Below are positions 32,825-42,871 of a stretch of 64,000 bases of DNA, one piece after another. Position numbers and translations under genes: made by a program. The stretch lies in the sequence record MK373786.1; one strand, written 5' to 3'. Each line of letters starts with the position of its first letter. Position 1 is the first letter of the stretch. The notes below the pieces were generated by a model. That model made no database searches, was not told the DNA's origin, and was given only the letters and a program-made list of their open reading frames with translations. Source of the DNA: Escherichia phage vB_EcoM_R5505.

Positions 32825-33202
32825 TTAAATATCAAATTCGTTAAGAACTACATCAAAGATTGCTTCCAAGTGCTCAGGTTTAGCTTTGTTACTCAGAATA
32901 TGACGAATCCAAGTTTTAACTAAGAGTTTACGATTAGCACCATTCCAGCAAGGATGAGTCCCTAAATCGCGTTGGCGGAAATCATCATCCAGAGCGATTT
33001 TGAAGTTGGAACCTTTCATCGTGATTGAAACCGTGATACCGTTTTCAAATCGCATATAAACGTAGTTAGGAGTCATATACTGTTCAATTTCGCATACTGA
33101 TCCGTTTTGATGTTTCCAGAGGCAAATAGTATCAATAGAACCTGCAATACCATTAGAAACATATTTACGTTCAAAGTTGATGTAGTTCATTTTATTCTCC
33201 AA
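32825..33202 (-). CDS. Hypothetical protein
   Basis: 125-aa ORF with its own stem-loop-embedded early promoter (33216-33254). Confidence 0.6.
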   Translation of the reverse strand: MENKMNYINFERKYVSNGIAGSIDTICLWKHQNGSVCEIEQYMTPNYVYMRFENGITVSITMKGSNFKIALDDDFRQRDLGTHPCWNGANRKLLVKTWIRHILSNKAKPEHLEAIFDVVLNEFDI

Positions 33203-33215
33203 GATGTTTAATTGC

Positions 33216-33254
33216 GGTACAGGTATATAATATCATATCCTGTACCAAAGTAAA
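33216..33254 (-). promoter_or_regulatory. Early promoter with -10 inside a stem-loop
   Basis: 8-bp inverted repeat ggtacagg/cctgtacc around the minus-strand TATTAT; GTTTAC at 33249-33254. Confidence 0.5.
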
Positions 33255-33257
33255 CAA

Positions 33258-33590
33258 TTATTTTACTACTTTCCAATGCTGCATGTCAAGTTTACCAACT
33301 TTTTTCATCTTCTCAATTAAGCGTTCTGCACGTTGGCGAGCTGTAACATAATGCCATTCGCCTAATTCATTTTGTTCAATTTTTCCAACGATTACTGTAT
33401 TCAATTCATAAATCCAACCAGTAAAGAAATTATGAACTTGAATTGTAAAGGTGAAATCTGTTCCCATACCTTCTGTTGTTTCTACTTCAATAATATCACC
33501 TTCAACTGCCATTAAGAACCACATAGTTTCATTATATTTACCATTGAAGCATTTAGTTTTAACTGCAGCGTTCAGATTAATCGTTTTCAT
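33258..33590 (-). CDS. Hypothetical protein
   Basis: 110-aa ORF with its own stem-loop-embedded early promoter (33605-33647). Confidence 0.6.
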   Translation of the reverse strand: MKTINLNAAVKTKCFNGKYNETMWFLMAVEGDIIEVETTEGMGTDFTFTIQVHNFFTGWIYELNTVIVGKIEQNELGEWHYVTARQRAERLIEKMKKVGKLDMQHWKVVK

Positions 33591-33604
33591 TTTATTCTCC
33601 TTTG

Positions 33605-33647
33605 TTTGTGTAAGATAATACTATCACAAAGGAACTATACTGTAAAC
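33605..33647 (-). promoter_or_regulatory. Early promoter with -10 inside a stem-loop
   Basis: 6-bp inverted repeat tttgtg/cacaaa around the minus-strand TAGTAT; GTTTAC at 33642-33647. Confidence 0.5.
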
Positions 33648-33677
33648 AACTTTATGCAATCTTTGGAAAATAAAAAA

Positions 33678-33695
33678 GGACTCCCGAAGGAGTCC
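33678..33695 (-). terminator. Hairpin downstream of the basic small ORF
   Basis: ggactcc-cgaa-ggagtcc; the minus-strand RNA would carry a U-run after it. Confidence 0.6.
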
Positions 33696-33700
33696 TCAAC

Positions 33701-33877
33701 TTATGCTTTCTGCTTACCAAAACGAGAAGCATCATCTCGAAGAACCGCACGTGCTCGGCGCATGATCTTCTCAACAGTTTGATTGATACGAGAGTTCGAC
33801 CCACGCTTGTAACCAGCGCGTTTAGAATCACCAACTTTCTTTTCAACTGCTTTCTTTGCTTTAACTTGTTTTGCCAT
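33701..33877 (-). CDS. Small highly basic protein (30.9-like position)
   Basis: ORF 33701..33919; ATG at 33877 (MAKQVKAKKAVEKK...) follows a GAG-type RBS; K/R-rich; hairpin terminator immediately downstream. Confidence 0.55.
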   Translation of the reverse strand: MAKQVKAKKAVEKKVGDSKRAGYKRGSNSRINQTVEKIMRRARAVLRDDASRFGKQKA

Positions 33878-34165
33878 TATAAATTCTCTTTTAAATGAAA
33901 ATGCAGGACTTATTGACATTGCCTGCGCAAGCCCTCAAGGGGAACATAGGTTTTTGGATATTTAACGACCAGGATAACCATAAACCCGTCATCATACCAC
34001 CAAGACTTATACAGATAACACTTTTCTGACGCATGATAGTAACATTCAAGAGGTACACCGTAAAACTGTCGGGGTCTTAAAACTATAATGATTCGCAAAT
34101 CATTAATCAGACAGTTCGACGGCTCCTCGATTTAGCTCACACTAAGGCAGTGAATCTCCAATAAA

Positions 34166-34414
34166 TTACTTCAATGTTACCACAAAGTGACGAACTGCTT
34201 TTCGTGCAGCAGAAGCCAAAGGCTTAGCATATTTAAGTTCATCTTTTTCCTGAAGCTCAGCAGCTAATGCAGTTTGAGCGGGATTCAGATGTTTGAAATA
34301 ACGCAGGATTTCAAGAGCTTCGGCTTCAACATCAATAGATGCGCCATAGTTTTCGTGACCATTATTCCATGCGTTTCGTTGCAGTTCAAGAGCGTGTTGT
34401 AATTGTTTAATCAT
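34166..34414 (-). CDS. rIII: rIII lysis inhibition accessory protein
   Basis: 82 aa as T4 RIII. Confidence 0.88.
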   Translation of the reverse strand: MIKQLQHALELQRNAWNNGHENYGASIDVEAEALEILRYFKHLNPAQTALAAELQEKDELKYAKPLASAARKAVRHFVVTLK

Positions 34415-34561
34415 TTAAAAATTCTCGTTAGAGATTAAAACTCGGTAGTCACGTTCTTCTGAATTTCATCTTCTTTCGACAGATCTCTCAGTTGTAGACT
34501 ACCACATAGAATTGTTCGGTTAACTTATTATTCCGACACCCAATTCATATTATTATTTATA

Positions 34562-34897
34562 TCACTTATAAAGACACGGAATAGCTTTATAGTGACAGGT
34601 AACAAATTTTTGTTTAATTTCTTTTGGCTGCTTAAGACCCAGAGCTACAAAAGGATGCGGAACATTTCGAATTTGACCAACTGGAAGAGAAGTCAAATCA
34701 CCAACTTCGCAGAAACCTTCAGGAACATCAGGACCGACAGAGTGAACTACACACAGTTCAGGAACTTCACCTTGAACACGTTTACCGATAATAAGTCCTG
34801 ATTCTGTAACTTCTTCATCACCGGCTTGTGCAGGTTCAGAAACTAAAATAACATATTCACCGACAGCACGAATTGGTAGCTGTTGTACTTCAGACAT
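34562..34897 (-). CDS. 31: Head assembly co-chaperonin (GroES homologue)
   Basis: 111 aa as T4 gp31. Confidence 0.92.
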
Positions 34898-34953
34898 CGT
34901 TTTTCCTTTTTGTTAACAGATGAATTAATAATAACAAATAATTCTTAAAGCAT

Positions 34954-35262
34954 TTATTTACCAATAAATTGAAGCAAATGCTCAACTTTCATACCATTAA
35001 CAGAAATCAATTTGTCAATAGAAAAACCTCGCCATGCACCAAGCTCAACATCAAATACTGGAATCATGTCAGTAGATTCTTTCCGAGTAGATTCAGTCAA
35101 TTTACCAGTTTGCATGGTTGGCATAAAGTCTGCATCACGAGTACCTTTCATAGTACGAATAGTACCATCAGACTTTTCAAAAACTACGTTTGAAACACCC
35201 ATGGACAATTTAGTTTTCAAAATTTCACGAATTGCTACTTTCTGCTCAGTTGTCAGTTTCAT
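34954..35262 (-). CDS. Hypothetical protein (31.1 position)
   Basis: 102-aa ORF. Confidence 0.6.
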   Translation of the reverse strand: MKLTTEQKVAIREILKTKLSMGVSNVVFEKSDGTIRTMKGTRDADFMPTMQTGKLTESTRKESTDMIPVFDVELGAWRGFSIDKLISVNGMKVEHLLQFIGK

Positions 35263-35499
35263 TTATTTACCTATTACAGTTTTAATATGAGTTGTTCCAC
35301 GTTCTTTAAGGGTGGAAAGTAATTTTTGGCATTTTTCTAAATCAGATTTCCAACTATATGGTCTATCAATACTAGTCCAATCAGTTTTATAATACTGTTT
35401 CCATTTAGAGAAAAAATATTTCTTATACTCTACAGCAAATGAGATGTTCTCGTTAGAATAAGAACTAATTGCTGTGAGCTTTACCAAACGAAATTTCAT
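35263..35499 (-). CDS. Hypothetical protein (31.2 position)
   Basis: 78-aa ORF. Confidence 0.55.
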   Translation of the reverse strand: MKFRLVKLTAISSYSNENISFAVEYKKYFFSKWKQYYKTDWTSIDRPYSWKSDLEKCQKLLSTLKERGTTHIKTVIGK

Positions 35500-36080
35500 T
35501 ATTCACCACAGAATTCGTTGATATTTTCCCAGTTTAACTTATTCAAGTTTTTCTTAGGAACATTAAACACTTCAATACCTGCATTTCGCAGAATATCATC
35601 CCAGCCAGGTTTATTTTTATCGTATGTTTCGCAATAAACCAGCTTTTTAATACCAGATTGAGCTATCGCTTTTGCACAATCTGGACAGGGAGAAAGTGTT
35701 ACATACATAGTAGCACCTTCAATAGAAGAACCATTTCGTGCAGCAAACAAAATTGCATTTAGTTCAGCATGAATTTCATTTTTAGATGACCATTCCGAAT
35801 GAGCGCTGCGGTGTTCTTTCGCCAAGACAAAACGATCAGTTGAACCAAATGATACACATTCAGGCTTATGACCTTGAATGATAGTATGTTTAGGCTTATT
35901 CAGTAACCAGCCTTGCTCAGCAGCATAATCACAACAGTTCACACCCCCTGCGGGTGAACCATTATACCCAGTAGAAATAATACGTCCATTCTTTTCAATT
36001 ACTGCTCCTACCTTCCAGGAGCAACATTTTGATTCCTGTGATACTAAATATGCAATTTGAAGTACTGTACTCGCTTTCAT
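35499..36080 (-). CDS. cd: dCMP deaminase
   Basis: 193 aa as T4 Cd; zinc-binding HAE ... PCxxC deaminase motifs. Confidence 0.93.
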   Translation of the reverse strand: MKASTVLQIAYLVSQESKCCSWKVGAVIEKNGRIISTGYNGSPAGGVNCCDYAAEQGWLLNKPKHTIIQGHKPECVSFGSTDRFVLAKEHRSAHSEWSSKNEIHAELNAILFAARNGSSIEGATMYVTLSPCPDCAKAIAQSGIKKLVYCETYDKNKPGWDDILRNAGIEVFNVPKKNLNKLNWENINEFCGE

Positions 36081-36415
36081 TTCATAATCACCAGATAAGC
36101 AGATTTAGCAGTTTCAACACGATAAATTTCGTGACGAAGTTTAGTTATACTTTTAATAACAGAACTAATTATATTCTGCCCATCTTTAAAGCGGTTTTTC
36201 TTATCAATAAAAACTGCGCCAGTCATCTTTTTGTGAAGCTCAACCGGATACTTCGTCACAATAATAGCATCATACACAGAAGGATGAATACTATTCACCA
36301 GAGTATCATTCATTAAAGTTATTCTAATGAACTGTGCTGTTTCAGAGTCAAGCGCTCTATGATCGCCAGTATCATTTTCAAGACAATTATCAATTATATC
36401 AGTTAAATTCATCAT
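36077..36415 (-). CDS. Hypothetical protein (cd.1 position)
   Basis: 112-aa ORF, start overlaps upstream stop. Confidence 0.6.
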   Translation of the reverse strand: MMNLTDIIDNCLENDTGDHRALDSETAQFIRITLMNDTLVNSIHPSVYDAIIVTKYPVELHKKMTGAVFIDKKNRFKDGQNIISSVIKSITKLRHEIYRVETAKSAYLVIMK

Positions 36416-36648
36416 AGTACGCCATACGCCCTTTGTGCTTCAACTAATCCATCAAAATCCAATTTGAGATGTGTTATTTGGTCACCATCACCTGGATTCA
36501 CAATTACTAATACTGAACGAGGAGTTTCGGTAATAACACGAACCGATGTTTCAGGAAATCGTTCAGAAACCTTATTTACCAATTCCTGCGCAAATAGTTT
36601 AACTTTTTCTTGGAATTCTTTAACAGTAATTGGTTTTTCACTTAGCAT
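36412..36648 (-). CDS. Hypothetical protein (cd.2 position)
   Basis: 78-aa ORF downstream of early promoter/stem-loop 36670-36708. Confidence 0.6.
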   Translation of the reverse strand: MLSEKPITVKEFQEKVKLFAQELVNKVSERFPETSVRVITETPRSVLVIVNPGDGDQITHLKLDFDGLVEAQRAYGVL

Positions 36649-36669
36649 TTTGTTTTCCTCATTTGTTTT

Positions 36670-36708
36670 GGTAGAGCTATAATATCACAACTCTACCATA
36701 AAGTAAAC
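36670..36708 (-). promoter_or_regulatory. Early promoter with -10 inside a stem-loop
   Basis: 7-bp inverted repeat ggtagag/ctctacc around the minus-strand TATTAT; GTTTAC at 36703-36708. Confidence 0.5.
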
Positions 36709-36710
36709 TG

Positions 36711-36992
36711 TTAAATTGCCTTGAATTCTGATGTCTGTGATTCAAAACGAATATCGCCTTTGATGACTAGCTCAGCATCAAGACCAAATACGACAATGAT
36801 ATGCGCGGAACCCGGATACAGCGTAATTGCAATAGAATCCACCTGGTCTGGAAGCAAAGTGTTCAATACATGAGTCACTTGAGCATGAATTCGAAGCTCG
36901 GCTGCGTTATCAAGCTTTTCAAACATATTATTAGCGATAATTTGACTAAACACTACTTCTACGATTTTAGAATAAGTCGGAAACATATTCAC
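36711..36992 (-). CDS. Hypothetical protein (cd.3 position)
   Basis: 93-aa ORF. Confidence 0.55.
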   Translation of the reverse strand: MNMFPTYSKIVEVVFSQIIANNMFEKLDNAAELRIHAQVTHVLNTLLPDQVDSIAITLYPGSAHIIVVFGLDAELVIKGDIRFESQTSEFKAI

Positions 36993-37189
36993 CTCACATA
37001 ATTTTCTTCAAGCCAATTAATAACATCCAACGCATTATCAAAAGTTGAACCATCTACTATGTCTTCTGTTTCATAATCAAGAATATCTAAGTCTACTCTT
37101 CCATCAACAATAGGCCATAAACAAAATAGATATTTCTTTTCTTTTTCAATTTTATCACAAAGTCGATAAATCTTTTCTATGTTATTCAT
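36989..37189 (-). CDS. Hypothetical protein (cd.4 position)
   Basis: 66-aa ORF. Confidence 0.55.
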   Translation of the reverse strand: MNNIEKIYRLCDKIEKEKKYLFCLWPIVDGRVDLDILDYETEDIVDGSTFDNALDVINWLEENYVR

Positions 37190-37378
37190 AAGTTTTCCAC
37201 GGTAAAGGCAGTTTAGTTTTCTTTACTGTTAGTTCAACATCAGGATTCTTTTCTCTTAATTTAAGGCATTCCTCCCAAGCTCTTATTTCACTAGTGAATA
37301 CACAAAATTGCCCATTACTAGTACCAACTAAACCACTATTTACAATAACAATAGACCAAGTTTCATGATGCCACGCCA

Positions 37379-37379
<1 letters not shown>
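37182..37379 (-). CDS. Hypothetical protein (cd.5 position)
   Basis: ORF 37182..37409; internal ATG at 37379 (MAWHHETW...) overlaps the pseT stop (TAATG). Confidence 0.5.
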
Positions 37380-38591
<1,212 letters not shown>

Positions 38592-38595
<4 letters not shown>

Positions 38596-38822
38596 TTATT
38601 TTTCTCAACTAATGATTGAATATAATCATGCAGATCTTTAGATGCCTTACCCCACTTATTTTGATATTCATTTTTAAGATTAGCACGTGATTGAGCTAAT
38701 AAAACATCATTAGTTGGAGGTAAAGATTCTAACCGCTGAATTTGGCGTCCATAAATCATTGCAGCCATCTCGGATTCATAAATCAATCCTTTGAGATGTT
38801 CAAATTGATGCCATGAAATCAT
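38592..38822 (-). CDS. Hypothetical protein (pseT.2 position)
   Basis: 76-aa ORF. Confidence 0.55.
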
Positions 38823-39118
38823 TTACATTTATCCTCTTTTAACTCTTGACGATAATAACATATCATAGTTTTCTGGTCATGTACATATCGTTTTACATCA
38901 TTAAGCCAAATACGAAATTCCTGAGAATCTTCAAATGGCATACCTACCCAAGCTTTACCATCAATAACTTTAACTTGCCAAGATAGTTTAGCTTCGTCAT
39001 ATGACTTTATTTGCACAGGCCAATTAGGATGAACTGTTTCTTTCTTTACTTCTAGAGGCTTTGTCGAACAACCAACTAGAAGACCAATAGATAATATTAC
39101 TGCTGATAGTTTAATCAT
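38819..39118 (-). CDS. Putative lipoprotein
   Basis: 99 aa; N-terminal signal peptide with lipobox-like LLVGC. Confidence 0.6.
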   Translation of the reverse strand: MIKLSAVILSIGLLVGCSTKPLEVKKETVHPNWPVQIKSYDEAKLSWQVKVIDGKAWVGMPFEDSQEFRIWLNDVKRYVHDQKTMICYYRQELKEDKCK

Positions 39119-39468
39119 TTAGAAAGGTCCTGGATGTCTTCTGCGAACTTGTTGAAGGAGTTGTTGATTTGTTTTTCAACCAATCCTGGCTTATGAGCCA
39201 CCACATCCGCCTTCTTTGCGTCTTTGCGCAGTTTTTCATTTTCACGCTCAATAGCAGCAATTGCCTCACGATTTTTATTATTCATCGCATCAATATAATT
39301 ATACTGAATTCGCAAATTATTTAATGCTAAGGCGTTTTCATTGGCCGTTTTTGTAATTTCAGTAACCGATGTTTCTAATCTTTCTACCTTATTTTTTAAA
39401 ATAATAGATGTTCCACCAAATACTATTACAAGTAATAGCAAACCTGCTGTCGTATTACTTAATTGCAT
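39115..39468 (-). CDS. Putative membrane-anchored coiled-coil protein
   Basis: 117 aa; hydrophobic N-terminal helix then K/E-rich heptad-like region. Confidence 0.55.
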   Translation of the reverse strand: MQLSNTTAGLLLLVIVFGGTSIILKNKVERLETSVTEITKTANENALALNNLRIQYNYIDAMNNKNREAIAAIERENEKLRKDAKKADVVAHKPGLVEKQINNSFNKFAEDIQDLSK

Positions 39469-39965
39469 AAAGTTTTAATAACCTCTATAATATCGTCTTG
39501 AGAAAGACCGTTAATTAAAATATGATGTTCCGCCGGAGATTTAGAAATTTTAAAGCATGCCGCAACATCTTCTGCCATATCCGATGCGCTACGATTTGGA
39601 TTACTAATTCCAAGACGATGTTTTCCCGTTAAAGGATTAACGATAATATAGCATTTACAGCTATTGATATGAACATTAGGTTGAGTCTGATTAATGAACA
39701 CTTCACAATCATACTTAGCGAGTTGATTTTCTAAAAAGACTTTCATCTCTTCAACCGCATCAGGAAGCATATCACGGGCTTGCTCAAGACGACGATTTCG
39801 ATATTCTTTAATGGTCGTTTTCCGCTTGACTTGCTTAGCTAAATCTTTCTTAAGATCGGTGATATATCCAACTCGACGATTTCCTTTAAATACAGAAATC
39901 CCATCTGTAGTATCACCGTATGCTTCAACGACCATTTCAGTAGTAATAAGCTGCAAATCCATCAT
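39459..39965 (-). CDS. alc: Probable Alc (host transcription inhibitor)
   Basis: 168 aa (T4 Alc about 167 aa) in the expected position between the pseT cluster and rnlA; called on size and synteny only. Confidence 0.65.
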   Translation of the reverse strand: MMDLQLITTEMVVEAYGDTTDGISVFKGNRRVGYITDLKKDLAKQVKRKTTIKEYRNRRLEQARDMLPDAVEEMKVFLENQLAKYDCEVFINQTQPNVHINSCKCYIIVNPLTGKHRLGISNPNRSASDMAEDVAACFKISKSPAEHHILINGLSQDDIIEVIKTLCN

Positions 39966-39970
39966 AAAGT

Positions 39971-40023
39971 CCTCATGTTATGTCAGTAAGATTACTATAA
40001 CACAACATGAGGGACTTGTAAAC
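39971..40023 (-). promoter_or_regulatory. Early promoter embedded in a stem-loop (53-bp element, copy 2)
   Basis: Same element with perfect 9-bp inverted repeat cctcatgtt/aacatgagg; upstream of the alc-position ORF. Confidence 0.6.
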
Positions 40024-40026
40024 AGC

Positions 40027-41614
<1,588 letters not shown>

Positions 41615-41622
41615 AATAAAAT

Positions 41623-41636
41623 GGGCCTTGCGGCCC
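41623..41636 (-). terminator. Hairpin gggccttgcggccc between nrdB and denA
   Basis: GC stem-loop in the 27-nt intergenic space; may affect denA translation rather than terminate. Confidence 0.4.
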
Positions 41637-41641
41637 ACTCC

Positions 41642-42820
41642 TTAAAAATATTTTTTAAAACTCATCATAACTTTATCATCAACATCATTATCAATCTGTG
41701 CAACAAGATAAGATGACAGTTCTACTTCTTGTGGCGCGGATTGAACATTATCAGAATTAAGATATTCACGAATCCAAGGATATGGGTGTTTAACCGGAGC
41801 ATCGGTAATTGGGCATGGAAGACCACACTGTTTCATACGAGATACAGTTAAGTAATCAATAAAGCTCCACATGCTATTTGTATTTAATCCAGGAACATCG
41901 CCATCTTTAAATAAATGAACTGCCCAATCTTTTTCTTGGCGGTTAACTTCCATGAAAATATCAACTGCTTCTTGTTCACACTCTTGAGCAATTTTAACCC
42001 ATTCATCGCCATCAGTGCCAAGTTGAAGTTGACGAATAATATATTGGGTGCCTTTAAGGTGAAGCTGCTCATCACGTGCAATGAACTTCATAATCTTGGC
42101 ATTACCTTCCATGATTTCCATGTTCTTATGGAAGTTAAAGGTACACGCGAAAGATACATAAAAACGAATAGCTTCTAAGGCATTAATAACGTGCAAACAG
42201 AGGTAAAGAGATTTCATTAGCTCACGCTTCCAATATGTCTCATGCTCAATAGCATCTTCAATAACGTCTTCGTCTGCATTAATTTCTTTTTGGTATTCGA
42301 TATCAGCTTTAGCGTTTTCCCAATAACGAGTTTTAATCAGAACATCATCATAATAACGTCCAATGGATTCAGCACGTTTCATAATAGCTTCATCTAATAC
42401 AATTTCATCAAATACCTTCGATGGATCAGTATAAAGATTTCGCATGATATGTGTATATGAACGGCTGTGAATAGTTTCACTAAAAGTCCATGTAGCAACC
42501 CATGTATCAAGGCTTGGGTCTGAAATTAATGACATAAGTACAGCAGACGGTGCACGACCCTGAATGCTATCCAAAAGTGATTGATACTTCAGGTTATTAG
42601 TAAAAATATTTTGCTGATACTGAGGAAGCTTATTAAACTGTGCAGCATCCATCATTAAGTTTACTTCTTCAGGACGCCAGAAAAATGATAATTGCTTTTC
42701 GGTCAAATCTTCAAAAACTTTATGGCGTTGAATATCATAACGCGCAATACCAAGACCTGAACCAAAAAACATAGGTTCTTTTAAAACATCAACTGGATTT
42801 GTATTAAAAACTGTGCTCAT
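41642..42820 (-). CDS. nrdB: Ribonucleotide reductase small subunit (uninterrupted)
   Basis: 392-aa contiguous ORF; ferritin-like diiron R2 protein; no intron interruption. Confidence 0.93.
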   Translation of the reverse strand: MSTVFNTNPVDVLKEPMFFGSGLGIARYDIQRHKVFEDLTEKQLSFFWRPEEVNLMMDAAQFNKLPQYQQNIFTNNLKYQSLLDSIQGRAPSAVLMSLISDPSLDTWVATWTFSETIHSRSYTHIMRNLYTDPSKVFDEIVLDEAIMKRAESIGRYYDDVLIKTRYWENAKADIEYQKEINADEDVIEDAIEHETYWKRELMKSLYLCLHVINALEAIRFYVSFACTFNFHKNMEIMEGNAKIMKFIARDEQLHLKGTQYIIRQLQLGTDGDEWVKIAQECEQEAVDIFMEVNRQEKDWAVHLFKDGDVPGLNTNSMWSFIDYLTVSRMKQCGLPCPITDAPVKHPYPWIREYLNSDNVQSAPQEVELSSYLVAQIDNDVDDKVMMSFKKYF

Positions 42821-42871
42821 AAATTTTCCACTTAGTTAATAGATAGTGACTCGTCCATGAGTCAAATTATA

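Noticed and set aside
33652-33846. 64-aa ORF overlapping the basic small ORF
   Set aside because: Alternative frame that runs through the terminator hairpin at 33678-33695; the basic ORF with an RBS-preceded ATG is the better call.
33910-34098. 62-aa minus-strand ORF in the rIII-downstream interval
   Set aside because: Starts at TTG with no RBS and would overlap the early promoter at 34036-34065; more likely non-coding leader.
42821-42871. Inverted repeat GACTC-gtccat-GAGTC between nrdB and nrdA, considered as a promoter or homing-site remnant
   Set aside because: Short, and no convincing -35/-10 spacing; could not be interpreted from sequence alone.
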